Shown: positions 39,816 to 54,099 of the stretch, piece after piece | Position numbering within the stretch: position 1 is the first letter of the stretch | How the letters are laid out: every line of letters starts with the position of its first letter | Assembly: GCA_028534125.1 (NCBI GenBank) | Contig: CM052816.1 | Location: 26,660,001-26,724,000, forward strand | DNA: 64,000 nt | Source: Lama glama | Taxonomy: Eukaryota | Direction: 5' to 3' | Position numbers and translations under genes: made by a program | Notes under the pieces: model-generated | The model's database searches: none | What the model was told of the DNA's origin: nothing | What the model saw: the letters and a program-made list of their open reading frames with translations, nothing else

Positions 39816-42800
39816 CTGCATATGGTTAGAATTTGGAGATGTTGTTTGTTAATAATAACTTTGATACCAAGTCCTGGATTTGATGTCATCCTAAATGGCT
39901 TCATAATACTAACATACTATCTGAGAGATCCCTTAGAATATCATTTCTCTAAAACTTCTGTTATAGGATCAAAATCCTTTGCTTTCTTTTCAACCACAGA
40001 TCTTTCCAGGAGTGTATTTAAGTTAACAAACCTTGAAAAGGGTTAAGTCCCACTACTAACAATGTTTTCATTTTTTCAACCCCAAATATGTAGCTACTTC
40101 TCCACTGAATTCTCTCAATGGTGCAGCACACAAGAAACCAGATCCTTCACCCTGAAACATACATTTCTAACTATTAGAAATGAGAAATTTTCTCCAACTT
40201 CTTGATTATTTTTCCTTCCACCTCAACTGTCAGGTTTTCCCAGTGCTTCTGATGATTAGGAGTAAAAGAAAGTAAGTGTTGGGTATGGGGTGGGATCTTT
40301 GCCTAAGTTTTGGGAGTCTGGCTTTTCAGTTAAATTTACTGCTAAGTCATCTGTACCAAAACAACACAAGCACTGAACATTTATCAACTTTCCTTACACC
40401 AACAGAAGAAACTACTTTGTGTCATATTATAAAACACAAAAATCTCATTAATATTATGATTATGATAATAACTCTTGGGAGGGGGGATCAGGTGAGTATC
40501 TGGAAGATTTCTTTCAAGTAAAACCTTTGGAAATTCCTGTTATTGGCCAGGAATATTCTCCTTAAGATTAATTTTATTTCTTACATTCAAAGAAAATGTA
40601 GGAATATGTATCACCTGTTGTCTAGGAAATACATTTTGCTTAAACAAAGCTTGGTTAAAACAGAATCCAAGAAACTGTTAATGTATTAAAAAGAACTGGA
40701 CTGGTTCTGAGAATGTGTCAGAACCCAGATATGGTGGTGGCTGGCATGAGATCATTTCTATATCTAATGAGCTAAGCCCGGAAAAAATGCTCTTCCCAAA
40801 TAGTACTGGTCCACTGGTCACTGCCAGGGGTCTCAGATCTCTGTTACTATAGAGATGCTATATTCAAAACGTTACTAGAAAAATCATGATCAATCATGGT
40901 CAACAACCCCTGCTTTCAGACTTGTAAGCAATCACCCACTTCCTTTGACATTTCATTCTAAGCAAGAGATACAGTGATTGTCACAAATGTGACATAACCC
41001 ATGGAACCCTTGTCCTTCTCTCTGCATTTGTTGATACAACCCTACATGCTCTCAGATGAATGAGGAAGACTGGGCCCAGTTATGCATGAACAAGAATGAG
41101 AAGCTAAAATGAATTTGTGAGAATTCCTTGCAGGTTGGTTCCTCATTCCCAGAACTTGTTTGCTGCACCAATTTAGTCCCTACTTTCCAACTGCTAAAAT
41201 GTAAGTAATTAAGACCTTAAATAATATCTGTCCAGCCATAAATGAACTAAGTATCTCCTATCCCTTCCACTATACACATAAGCACAAAGAATAAACATAC
41301 CAAGATAGGGACAAGGACCCTGGTCTTGACAAGGACCTGAAAATGAGCACAAGGGTGCTGTTCTCAGGGATCTCTGAGAAAGGACACTGTACAGTTTCTC
41401 TTCAGAACTTGCACGCTAGGGCTCAGTGACCTTCAGCACATGAAACTCCCCTTCACTCCACTGAGAACACTTGGGGAAACTGCCTCTTTTTCAGATGTCT
41501 GAAACCAAAAAAAAATTGGGGGGGCTAACTTTCAGGCCTCTTCCACTAGAAGCCACCAAAAAACACGAAAGAAATGGAGGGGGAAGAGTTCTATTTTGAA
41601 TTTCGGGTAGCTTCTTTTCTCACCCTAATTACAGTGTCCCCCACCCAAGAGGATTCATCTAGCTTACATTTGCTCTGAGCTGATCAAGCACACAGGAGAA
41701 GTGAGAGTGGAGGAGGAACACGTCAAGTGGACTTGGAATTTCTGGCAAATGGCTCCCCACATATTTCATTTCAAAGGCCCAATTATGTCTGCATAAATAA
41801 ACTGTGCTACGCAGCATGATGCATGGCCATTTGTCATATTAAAACAATGGTATCCCAAGCAAATCCCCATTAACATTGTTTAATTTTAGTGCTTTGGGGT
41901 GTTTGCTACTCAAATGATTTTAAAAAATGGAGTGATTTATGATACCACCATTTAAATGAGGCAACACAACAAACAAACTGTGAGTCACCAAGACTTAAAA
42001 TGTACTACAAGCCCCACTGGGTTAGCAGCACAAAAGACACCCACAGCTGAAAAGTCCCTGGGTGTTTGTGTGTGTGTGTGGTTATATGTATTGAGCAGGG
42101 TCCTGGGAACGTTTTCAGGAAAACGCAAACACAAAAGAATGTTTTATATGTTGTCCGTGCTGAGTTTCCAGGGAAACATTTGTAACGATGAGGTTCTAGC
42201 ATCAAGTCTTTGGGGTACACAATCTGTGAATAGAGAAAAAGCAATTTTTTTCACAGATCTGGATACAAAAGCATGGATTGCTTTTCCTTTTATTTTCCTT
42301 TTTTTAGAACACTATAAGTAGAAAAGTTTTACTTCATATGAAGAGAAACAATACAGAGCTTGAAGACATGTCCTTTCAGGGGTCACAGATCAATCTCCTA
42401 AAGTAAAACACAGTGCAAAGGCTAATAAATTAATAAATGACAGAGTTGTCTAACTGTCCAGACTTCTCTGGTTTTAATCATAAATATTCTGGATGCAGCA
42501 AATGTCTTAGTTTTCACTGCCGTCAAACTTGTCTACTTTGCTCCTGGGTAGAGTCATTTTATTCCCTGATCTCTGTCCCACCTAAATCAAGGCAGTGTGA
42601 CAGCCAAAAACAGCAAAGTTTCTGAATTACACTGTATCTGTAAAAGACCTAAATCATTCCACTTAATGCCACCTCTATGTTGGGCTACTGTCTTAAAAAG
42701 TAGATTGGGACCAATGGAGTAATAATATTTTTTGCCTTAGGCCTTGAGAACCAGACTTCCTGTAAATACATCCATAAAAATACTTTGAGGTCTTTTAAAA

Positions 42801-43824
42801 CAAAGCACCATATGAAGTGTGTCTAAACAGCATGAAAGTAAACTAAAATTTGGCAACATTCATTCTACCCATGTGAGTGGCTAAGCTGGACAATTTAAGA
42901 TAAAATCATTTCCATTGGAGTCAGAGTTATCCTGCTGGCCATCTAGACTAAAATAATTATTTAGAAAATCACCAGATTGGCTCTTCCTGTTGGGCTGCAT
43001 AAATAGTCACAAATGCAAAGTATTCTGGTGTGGTTGCTCAGGACAATTGCCGCACAAAATGGAGATGCACAACCCAACTTGCTCTCAACACAGAAGGAGC
43101 AGTAGCCCAGCCTGGCAGGTCAATCTCCAAGGCTGGACCACCCTGAGCCAGGCTGAAATTTGCAAAGGATCCTGTCTCCCCTAACTTTGCTCATTCCACT
43201 CTGATGAACTTCATTTAAATATCGTAGTCTACTCCAAACCATGGATTTCTCCAGTTTTTCAAAATGTTCAAACACCCCGGGTCTCCCTTTCCCCATCCAA
43301 ACCTCAGCTGTCACTCTGGGTTATTCCTTTTCAGTCACCCAATAATGATCGCCCAAAGAGCTCCCGTCTGAAACAAGAGAACAGACTGAAGGCAGCCAGA
43401 AAAGCTAGATAAGAAATCAAGAGGCACATTAAGGGTCTATATCACCCAGGGCTAAAGCTTCAAACTTTATCAGAGTGGTACCAGAGTTTGTATGGGAGGA
43501 GAGAGAGATTATATGTCTATTACAATATCAATATAAACGTGGAAAGAGAATGAAAGGCAATAAAAATGAAAATCATACAGCCAAGTGTAAAATATTTTGT
43601 CTGCAAACTTGGACTCTATGGATCCTAAAGATAATTAACAAAGTTCATTTCTTTTGGATTCATTTTGCTTAGCCATGAAATGCAGTTACCTCTAGAACCA
43701 AGACATTTCATCATCTCTGCCACATGCATATTTAACATGATCAAACTAGACGAAAAAATTCAGTAGCCAGCTACATGGTTCTAATCACCATTTATCCCTG
43801 TAATGAGAGTTGAGGGCTTTGAAC

Positions 43825-43842
43825 TGACCGCAGGTGGCACCG
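43825..43842 (+). promoter_or_regulatory. Candidate CTCF binding site
   Basis: TGACCGCAGGTGGCACCG resembles the consensus CCASYAGRKGGCRS, with CpGs retained in AT-rich surroundings. Confidence 0.5.
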
Positions 43843-43989
43843 CTGACCTCTGAAGTATGCTTCCCTAACACTCTAGCCAAAAGGACCAAATACTGGATCA
43901 CCAGGTATGATGTACTTCTGAAAGCATAAGTGAGTGTAACTGCATTCCTCCATCAAAAACCACTAACATTAAAGAGGGAAGGACACATA

Positions 43990-44515
43990 CTGGAACACAC
44001 TGTAGATAAGGGGTCAGGGAAACAAATACTCTCTCAATCTCTTAGAAGAATGTAAACTCATACAATCCTTCAAAAGGCAAATTAGGCAAAATTAAAAGCG
44101 TTTAAAAGTGTAAAAACATTTTAGCTTAGAAATACAAAAACTTAAACCAGGAAAAGTCATATATGTGTTAAAAAATCTGTAATGATTCTAATAGAGTATT
44201 ATCCACACCAGGAAGAAATTAACAAGACAATATCTAATATTAGACCACATCCACACACTGGAATACTAGGCAGCCACTAAGTTTATAGTAAAGAATGTTC
44301 AGTCATTGAAACAAACATTTATAATATATCATGTTAGAAAGTTGCAAAAATGCTCATAAATAGGATTTAAGACTGTTTCTTTAAAAGTTTACTGCCACAG
44401 GAAAAGACTACAGTGAAATACAGTGGAACTACTAACTGATTACCTCTAAACAGAGACAGCATAGGTAGTTTTTATTTTCTTCTTACTTCCCTACATATTC
44501 TCATTTTAAAAACCT
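43990..44515 (+). mobile_element. Old L1ME-like fragment
   Basis: gaatgtaaactcatacaatcc...cacatccacacactggaatactaggcagccac...gtttttattttcttc. Confidence 0.5.
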
Positions 44516-44859
44516 TCTGCAAAGCTAGACCACTACAGATATGCAAACAGATTGAGAACTTTTAGTACTGATTTCTTAAAAGGAAACAGTAAAAACACTG
44601 GTAAGGAGAAATAGTGATCGAGGGAAAAAGAAGGTATTGTGAGAAGAAACCATAAACTCCCTCAATCATCATCCGTAAAAAGAAGTCAGTCTCATTTCAA
44701 GAAAATCCAGTAAATAAAGGGTTCACATTTATAAAATAAATAAACCAAGAAATTATGTGGTGATTATTAATATTTCACCAATTTACTCCTCTACTAAAAA
44801 ATTCACTCCGAAGATGTCTTAAGGATGCTGCTTTGTACAGAGACTCTCGAAGCTCTTTG

Positions 44860-45560
44860 TCCATAGAATCACTGCTAGAACTTCTATAAAATGCAGACCA
44901 TCAGACTACCTCCGATGATTCTGGTTCAGTAAGTTACAGGGGAAAACTGAACAATTATCATAAAAAAAAGCTCCACAACTATTGAACTGTTACAGATTAA
45001 AAGAGACCTAAGAAATATTTCAACAAAATGCAATGTGAAGATCTTGTTTTGATTGTTACTCAAACCAACTGTAAGAAAGATATCTGGGAGGAAATAAGAG
45101 AATATGGAAATGAGATAATACTAAGAAATCATTGCTAATATTGCTGAATGTGATGATGGTATTATGGTTATGTCAGTATTTTTTTTAACTTTTTTTTATT
45201 GAGTTATAGTCAGTTTACAATCTTGCATCAATTTCCAGTGTAGAGCACAATTTTTCAGTTATACATGATGGTATGTCAGTTTTTAAAATCTACCTTTTCG
45301 AGAAAGTATATTTAAGTAAGATGCTATGGTCTCTGGGATTTACTTTAAAATATTTGAACAATAACAAAAAATACAAAATATTAAAACAAAGCAAAAAAAA
45401 GCAGGTAGAAGAGAGGGAAAAGAATGAAAAGAAAAATTATTCAAAATGGATGCCAAGTATAAGAGGAATTACACTAGTTCTTCTTTCATGTGAGTGGGTT
45501 TTAAATTTCTATAAAAAGTTAGGAAAAAAGTATCCCAGTGACTTGCGAATCACTGCCCTA
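44860..45560. mobile_element. Nested cluster: MER5-like transposon interrupted by old L1M, itself interrupted by a younger L1 3' end
   Basis: MER5-like 44860-44975 resuming at about 45525-45560. L1M body (agattaaaagagacctaag...aaatgcaatgtg...ctgggatttactttaaaa) lies in between. Confidence 0.5.
45179..45268 (-). mobile_element. Young L1 3' end with TSD
   Basis: Poly(T) followed by attgagttatagtcagtttacaat...tccagtgtagagcacaatttttcagttatacatg, flanked by duplicated tatgtcagt. Confidence 0.75.
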
Positions 45561-48449
45561 GTGATATTAAAATATTCAGTTTGCAAAACTGAACCTAAAG
45601 CAACTTTTCAGAACTCTCTCTCTTGTATAAAGCCAGGAATTTTATGTTTTTGTAATTATCATTTTCAAAACATCAGTAAGTTGATGTTTATACACACCAA
45701 CTCACAGATCTGAAGACAGCTCAATTCAGCCCAAAGATAAAGAAAATGGGGCCCATATTTACTAAGAATCTACTACTTATTACATATTACTTTATTCATT
45801 ATTATTAATACCCCTATAAGTAGAAATCATTCCCAATATGTAGAAGTCAAAACCTGGGTAAGTTACATGTCTAAGTGTGTTCATAAAAATAACAAAAAAC
45901 TGTAAACAATACAGATGCTAAACTTCTAACAATATGGAAATAGTTAAGCTAATTCTGGCTCACCCATTTTCTGAACAATATATTAAATAAAGTGATTATA
46001 AAGCATATTAACTATGCTCACACATGTTTAGGCAATAATGTTAAGTAAAAGTTTTTTCAACACAATGCACACACATGTTTAACATTTTCTTTAAAAATAC
46101 ATTTAAAATTAAGAGTTTGTCTCCAGGTGGTGAGCTATGAGAATTTGATCTTCTTTTTCTATTTTTTTTTTAATTTTGATAATAAACACCAATTACTTGT
46201 GTCATAAGAAAAAAAAAACCAATCCAATAAAGAAACAGCATCATACAGCTACAGGCAGCTACACCCCACAGACTAAGATTTCAGCCTGCTCAACCCTGCA
46301 CATTTCACTCTGTCACTGTATGACATCATCCATCCAGATGACAGAGCAAAACATCACATTATGGTAACATCATATTCATTCTACAAACAAATAAACAACA
46401 GAACACCTGGAGGAGGAGTAAATAAAGGAACCGTAGCAAGACAACACTATGTGGATATAACACATTTTAGCATTAAAATAGTATCTAGAATATTTTAAAA
46501 TTATGCTTGTTTCTATTTTCCATTCTCATCTTCCCAATACATTTATCCATCTCTAAATGGAGACTCTCTAAGAGCCATTTTACATCTTTCTGGATCAAGG
46601 TAAGATGAGAATAAACAAACACCTTTAATAAAATGAAAGATATTAAAAACTGAGCAGTAACTCTCTACAAGAAAGCTAGTGTGTAGCAGGCACTGCAAAA
46701 GACATGATGAGGGAAAAACCTCTAAAAATAATTTTTAACTCAACTTAAAATTTTCAAATTAAAAAACTGTTGAAATGGAAATTAAAATATAATTTATCAA
46801 CCTTGTTTAAAGCTCTGGAACAAAACTAACCTGACTGAAGTTGGTAGTAAAATCACAGCTATAAAGAATTTAAATATCTTTACTTAGCTGTCCCCCTTAA
46901 ATTCCTTTCTGTTGCTGTATTTCCAAACAAGAGCTATTACTGCTAGTCTTAAATGGACAAATCATCCAAGAAGGGTCTCTGACATCGCTGACCACGTAGT
47001 TCTAAAAATAGAAAATTATAGATTATCAGAGAAGGACATTTAGAAGTATCAGTTTAGGATCTGAAGCTTGTCTTGCGAGGCCACCCAAAAAGACAGCTTT
47101 CCCTGTAGTTCCCCACCCGAAACGCTAATCTCCAGCCCACAAACAGATGCATTCCTCTAATTCCAAGAGGGGGAGGGCTAGGCATCACTGGCAGAAGCTT
47201 CTGGTCACTGTAGCAGGACCAGAGATGTTTGCAGCCCAAAAAGCATCAGGGTGGCCCTGAAGAGCTCAGGGCTGTCAGCCCCGCCTGGGACACACACCTG
47301 AGTTCCAGCTGCTCTCAGCCATGCTCCCTCCTCCACACATACCCCATGAGTTCTTTCTTCATTTCTCACAGACTGACATCCTCTTGCCCAGGTCCTCTTC
47401 TCGACTCCACCTTTATCACCAATCTGTAGGTTCTCATTCCTTCACTGTATTAAAATCTCTCATCTTGTTCTTCCCTATTCTAATCTTGACCCACTTAAAA
47501 TTTTCCATTTCTTAATGTTCTTATGAGTGTAGAGGTTGGTTTAGGTTAATTTCTCTCTCTTTCTCCTTCCTTGGTATGTAGGAAGCAGTAACTGTTAATG
47601 CTACTCGCTACACATGAGGCACTCAGGACATCACCCAAATTTTTCTGGAACTGTCCTGTGAACACCCCCCGCCCATCTTTCAACCAGTAAGCCGTGCTCC
47701 TAAACGGCTGAGTTTCAAGTTTGGGGTTTGTTTTTTCCCCTCAATGGGCACAGCTCAGTGCTGTTTGTTGAGGAACTACATAAGGGCAGAGACAACTAGA
47801 TCCTGAATCTAACAAGATGCCTTCATTTGTGACAAAGCATAAGATTCTCTTCTTTGTTTAAACAGAAGGTCATACACCTGTGTGTGACCTTGCCCCACCA
47901 CCATCAAAAAGGAAAAAAGCTTCTAATACAGAGAAGGGCTCTCCATCTTAGAGAAGATCCTATTCCCCTTCCAAGCACCCTTCTACTTGTCCTTACTCTC
48001 CTCTACTCCTTTGTCCAGCTAATTAGATGTTTCTTGGAGTCAGATACGAAATCTAAGACATTACAACATTCAACTGCCCTGAGTACTGTGCCCCTTGGTT
48101 GACAGCTCACATTTAAGATGAACTGTCCTTTGGTCACTGAAATTCTCTGGGGTTCAGGGGTGTCCCTAGCTTTGTTATACTCTTTATCAGTCTAACTGAA
48201 GGGATGATCTCAAACACTGGTGAAACTTCCACTACCTATAGTCACACCAGTTGAAATAGTATCTGTTGAGTCCAACTCACACCTTCTTTATCTGCCACCA
48301 ACCCACCTCAAATTACCGTCCTAAAGATACTGTTGGAGTTCCCTATTTGCTTCTCAATCTCAACTCTCGAGCCAATTTGTATGCAACTCACTGATGAATC
48401 TTACTGTTCCTTCAGCCTCATTTCTTACTAGCACCACACTGAGAGAGAC

Positions 48450-48875
48450 CCAAGGACGACATCAAACAAAAACAAATTGCTTATTCCTCCTAGGGGCTTT
48501 GCATTTGCTCTGCTTCCCACTCGAACTGCCATCTCTCCGCTTGGTCACTATTCCACGTACCCGCATCCCTGCAAATCTTGACTGCAAACCCATCTCCAGG
48601 GGCTTTAGATGACTCTCCACCCCAGCTGACCCTTCATTCACCTCTTGAGCTCTCTCTCTGGATTTTCACAATCAGGTGCTCTGTTATACTCACTGGGCCT
48701 TCTTTGTTTCACTTAAATATCTTTCTAGGTTATTTGATGTCTTCTTCATGGATTATCAGCTCCTCCCAGGCACAGGCTATGTTTTTCTAACACAACAGTA
48801 TCCTCCAACAGCCCTGAATAGTGCTTGGCACACAGGACATGACTACCAAATATATGTAGACTGACCAGATGAATG
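48450..48875 (+). mobile_element. L2 3' portion
   Basis: ggggctttgcatttgctctg...cagtatcctccaacagccctgaatagtgcttggcacacag. Confidence 0.55.
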
Positions 48876-50888
48876 GCTCTCCTCAGTCACGCCACGAACT
48901 CCTCCAGATTCAAGACTACCTCTGTTAACACTACATATCTCCACAATTTCTGCTCCAGTTCTCAGTCATCATGCCTGCAAAGCCACTGCTGCCTGGACTT
49001 CACTTTCTTCCCTATGTGACACGCTCCAAAGCTGCTTTGAGTGAAGCTCTTTACTCTGGTAAAGAGTAAAGATTTAAACAGAACTTCCGTCATGAGAGCT
49101 GTTATACCAGCAGGGTGAAATCTGAGCAAACTCCATCAGTGACCTGAGTCCAGCGGGAAAGGTGAGAAAACAACAAAATGCAACCCACCTTATTTCCTAC
49201 TGGGTATCTAATCCTTGAGAATGTGTCTGTGAAACACCCAGTTTAAACTTTTCAGACACAACTTGCTGTGATCCAAAGTTAAGAGCATGAAAATTTCCAT
49301 CCCACTGGGCTACTTAACAGAGTTTTCAGAAGCAGAAGTCACTGCTGCTCCCCTCCCTTGACCAGGAAAGAAAAATGCCAAAACCCCAAGGTACCTCAAA
49401 TGACCCGCTGCCTTCTAGGGCAGTCCAACTTGGGCTGTCACTACTTAGCCATAAGCCCCTTAACAGAAACTGCTGGGTGTGTTTACTGCCCTCTCCCAGT
49501 ACCCACACCTCTTATTAGGAGCCCTAAGACTGTTAAAAGTTGCATAGCTCTAGAATTACTCTGAACCTGGGTCCAAAATTAAATGAACTATTCGGATACT
49601 GGGTACCCTTGAAGGTTCCATGGGGAAAGTCACTGAAAAGCCCAAAGCCTTTTCCAGGACTCCAGAGCTCCCTGGTGGAGTGGCGGGAATCCCTTTGTGC
49701 ATAAAAGCAGGAGGGACCACAACAGTCTCACAACAGAATTTGGTAGCTGGAAAGGTAGTTTATTTGAGGTATGCAACAAAGGAATTTGCCAGCTACAGAA
49801 AAGTGAAGTAAATTAGGGAGAACAAGGAAATTGCTGGCTTGGAGGCAAAGTTATTATGAAAAGCTGATTTCACTGCCCAAAAATATTAGCCTGCATTTAT
49901 TCTAAAAACGATCCAAATATTTTAGCAATTATCTATTTAGATGGTTGTTTTTCTGAATCTATCCTTACTGTTCTTTTCCAGTCTTTTATATAGGGTGAAA
50001 GTGATTTGCTTCTGAAACCATTCCCTCACTTCCATCACAACCTGCAAGGCTTAATCTATCTGCCCCCTCTAGATCCCAGAAGGTCCACACTTGGAAAAGG
50101 GTTTCAACTGGCCTGAAATGAAGTGTCCTGAAATAGCAAAAAAATTTTTTCTCTTTGCTACAGAGTCAAGTTTGATCTGCATATTTATCCCCTCCAAGAG
50201 CCACTGTGAACAGTGATCCAAATGTGCTTTTAAAAGATACCTCTGTTTTCTTGTAGAACTCCAGGCCTAGAAGACAAGATGTGTAAAGATATGCAGCAAT
50301 TTCTCAGCTGGAAACCAGCTCCATACTACCTTCGCTACACACCGTTTGCAAACCAACTTCTCTCTGTTTTGCACATTTCAGAAAACAGAGCTTGTCATAA
50401 TGAGCGCATGAGTCATTCGCATGGAGGTGACTTCGAATTCAAATTGAATTAACTGTAAATGTAAGCAATTTGAAAAAAATGAAGGCCTTATGTTCAGTGT
50501 TGTCACTACATTTGTTAGGGATTTCATCACCGTGTGGAGGCGTTTAGTTCCAGGCTAACATTTGGACAGATGGAAAGCTCCCTTGGAGCATTTGGGTCAA
50601 AGAGCCAGCTCTGCCCGCCTGGCCTTCTGAGGACTCAGCCTCGACATCTCACTCGCACCAGGCGGGACAGAGTGCTCCCTGCATCTGAGGCGGCGCAGCA
50701 ATGAAATCAACAAGCTGGCTGGGAAATCTCTTACAAACCTGAAAGTGCTGGACAAATGTTTGCTATCGCTCTCCATACTCTTTTTGTTAGTATAAAGGGA
50801 GTTTTTCTGTGTGTGGTTTTTCCTGCAGGTATGTTGGCAAGCATGATCCAATACACTCAGGATATCAAATGATGAGTCACATTTTCAA

Positions 50889-50963
50889 AGGAAGGAGAGA
50901 AGGTAGGAGGTGAAAAAGGAAGGAAAGGAAGGAGGAAGAGAAGGAGGGAGGGAAGGAGGAAGG
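50889..50963. repeat. Polypurine (GGAA/GGAG) low-complexity tract
   Basis: Direct read. Confidence 0.85.
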
Positions 50964-51599
50964 ACCAACACAAATGTTCAATTGGATTCAACCATATTCA
51001 GAATCTCTGGCCCATAAACATCACTGGCTGTACACACAAAGAATTTTCAGTCTGGTGAAAATGCTTATTGACTTTATGATAAAATGCAAATGGCATGTTT
51101 TCGTCTATATAGTAAAAGAAAAAACTAACTGCGACAAGAAAGAATGACACCAAATTACTGGAAGTTCATTTTTCTTTTCTTTTAAAAGTATTTTTCTGCA
51201 TTTTCCAAATTCCCTTTCATAAATATATTTAGCCCTCATAATTATTTAAAAACATAAAGACTTCACAAGAAGCATGGTGAAAAACGCAAGAGAAATGGGA
51301 ACACTTCACTGAGTAGAGGACATATATGAGATTTTCCATAGAACATTTAAGTGAGTCATCATATTAAGCATCCGTCTCCTGAGGAAGAAGTCTGGTATAT
51401 ATCGCATCTACGACATATAAGGGCCTTATGGTTCACAGATTCCAACACATTCAGGAGCAGTACTATCATTCTGAAGTCACTGCCTCACTGCCACTCAACC
51501 ACAGAGGCTAAAGTAAGGACCATTCCCACAACTGGCAGAGAAGGGAAATGAAGTGGGGCATCCACAACAATGCTTGACTACATAGTCCCTCATCCCCAT

Positions 51600-52040
51600 T
51601 CAACCTGCAGATGCAATGGAACTAAAGACATCTTAATTCTTCTCTCTACCAAGCTCTGCCTGACCCCACTCCCTGGATGACCTCAAGTGGTCCTATGGAT
51701 TTAAGTAACAGCTATATGCTCTCAACTCCTACTTTATTTCTCCAGTCACATCCTGTCCTCTGAGGTCCTCCTACCAGCACTCAGCCTTGCCCCACCACAG
51801 ACCATTCTCTCCACAGCACCCAGTGATCCTTTTAAAACTTAAGTCAGCCTGTGCTACTCCTGGATCCAGATCTACTTCACTCCGGATAAAATGCAAAATC
51901 TTTCCCATGGTTTAACCGACCTGATCCCAGCTCCCTCTGACCTTACCTCCCAGCACGCTCCTCTGAACTCACTGGGACACACTGGCCTCTCTGACAGTTC
52001 ATTCCTTTTCCCATCAGGTCTCTTCTCCACTGTCACCTTA
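51600..52040 (+). mobile_element. L2 fragment
   Basis: ccacagcacccagtgatccttttaaaacttaagtcag...cacactggcctc. Confidence 0.6.
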
Positions 52041-52041
52041 A

Positions 52042-52142
52042 TAGGACTGCACATTTAGCAAATAAAGATACAGGATACCCAGTCAAAGCTGAATGACAGA
52101 CAAACAACAAACAATTTTTTAGTCTCAGTATATCCCAAATAC
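52042..52142 (+). mobile_element. MER53-like hAT DNA transposon fragment
   Basis: atttagcaaataaagatacaggatacccagtcaaagctgaat...aattttttagt...tatcccaaata matches the recalled MER53 5' half. Confidence 0.7.
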
Positions 52143-53059
52143 AAGCTTACTGAACCAGGGCTGTAAGCAGTATCAGGTAACTAAACAAAACTTCAACCAC
52201 TGTCAAGGAGATGGCTGAGGGAAAGAGAATGTGGAAAGGGTGGTGGTGACTGGGGTTTAATCCAAAATGAATTATTGGAAGATAGGACTCTAAAAGTAAA
52301 AGATCCAGGCTGACCAGAATAAGAAGGGAGAGTGTTCTGGGTGAAGTAACAGCTTGGGCAAAATCACAGCACTGGAAATTAGCAAGATATTGGGAATGAA
52401 CAAGCAGCAGTCTGCTTAGTTGGAAATAAGGAACAGAGAGAAAGAGGGTAACCAGGCTGGGAAGGACTATGAGGGGCTGGCTGATCTCCACCTCAGAGCA
52501 TCTTTCCCCCCAATCTCTGACTCTCTGAGTATTAACCACTGATGTCTAAAGGTCAAACTCCTCCTCCTTCCCTGATCTTCCCAGCAGGAACTGCTTCCCT
52601 CTGCGCACCTAAAAAAGCACTTTTTGGATACTGCTTTGACTGGAATTACTCATGATCCTACTATTCTACAGTCCTTGAGGGCAGAACTGGCGTTGCCCAT
52701 CTCTGGCATGTACACAGAAGTTTCTCAATAAATGTGCTTCTCTGAATGCTGGGGAGTTAACATTTTCTGGGATAATAAGTGTGGAGCCTATGGTCCTGGA
52801 ACACAAGGTGGACTAATCATGTCAAGGGCCTGGTGATTAGACAAGCTATGGGGTCTCAGTGAAGCTGACTGGGCTGTGTCTGAGAAACCAAAGCAGTGTC
52901 CACCAAGGAGGGAGTGGTCCCAGCCAGCTCCAGAGCCAGGATCAGTGGCACGAAGAGGTCTGTGGCAGACTGGAGCCCCGTAATATGATGGGAGTTCAGG
53001 TCTGAAAGCAGGAGAGGCAGGCAGCATAGCAACAGACTGGCTGAGAACAACACCTCTGC

Positions 53060-53260
53060 GGCTCACACATCTAGGTGGGAATCCTACCTTTACTACCTAC
53101 AACCTTGGGCAAGTTATTTAACCTGTCTGGACCTTCATCTGAAAAGTTGCTTCATTTGAAAAATACTGGAGTAGTCTTTACCTCATTGGGTTATTCTGAG
53201 AATGAATTAAGATAATTTCTTTAAAGCACTGAGAAGCATGCCTGGTACGAAGTCTCAACT
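53060..53260 (+). mobile_element. MIR SINE
   Basis: accttgggcaagttatttaacctgtctg...tacctcattgggttattctgagaatgaattaagataat...aaagcact. Confidence 0.8.
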
Positions 53261-54032
53261 TAATTGTCTTAGTTCTCATTCTTGCCGTTAGATCAACAGT
53301 GTTTATTAAGTGTCTTTTGTGTGCTAGATACTCTGCTAGTTGCCGGGAACACAAATATTTTAAAAATCCATTACAGTAAGTCTAAAATGTTGGGCTCATA
53401 GGCCAAAAAGGACGTTAGAGGAGATGTAAGGCAGGGGTGGTTAGTGAACTCAATTTGAAGCAATGTCAAGGTATCTAAATGGAGACATCATATAGACAAG
53501 GGAGGATGGAGGATTTAAGAAAGATCAGTGCTACAAATGGAGTCTGAGAGCCATCCCTTGCAGAGAGCAATTGAAACAATAAGAACAGATAAGGTCTCTG
53601 AAAAACACTAGCACTTTTGCAGGTAACCTTGGCAGATGGAACAGTTACAGACTGTAAATTGCAAATATCATGCAAGGAGCATTTGGCCTCTAAGATACAT
53701 GGGAGAGACTAGGGGGAGAAACAGAAAGGACCCCGCTTTCAGATGTAGTTCTGGGAAGAGTTAAGGTGCAGAACTCAGACCCAGTGAGAGCTGGACCTCA
53801 GGCCTTGTGAAAATCACCAAATCCCTTCCAGCAGGCCACCTCCTCCTGAAGCACACCTTGATTATTAAGGGGCTTAAGTACATACTGCAGTTGACACATA
53901 GTATAAAGCTTTCTGCCTTTTTGGCTGCTTTGATACACCTGGCCAGGTGGGCTTCAGAAATACAGAAAAGGTGAAAGTCATGAGAGTCCATTCTGCCGCC
54001 TGTTAGCAGCTCTTTCAAGTTTATATCTATTT

Positions 54033-54033
<1 letters not shown>

Positions 54034-54099
<66 letters not shown>

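Noticed and set aside
49048-49072. Perfect 10-bp hairpin tctttactct/agagtaaaga
   Set aside because: AT-rich, with no transcript context; expected by chance.
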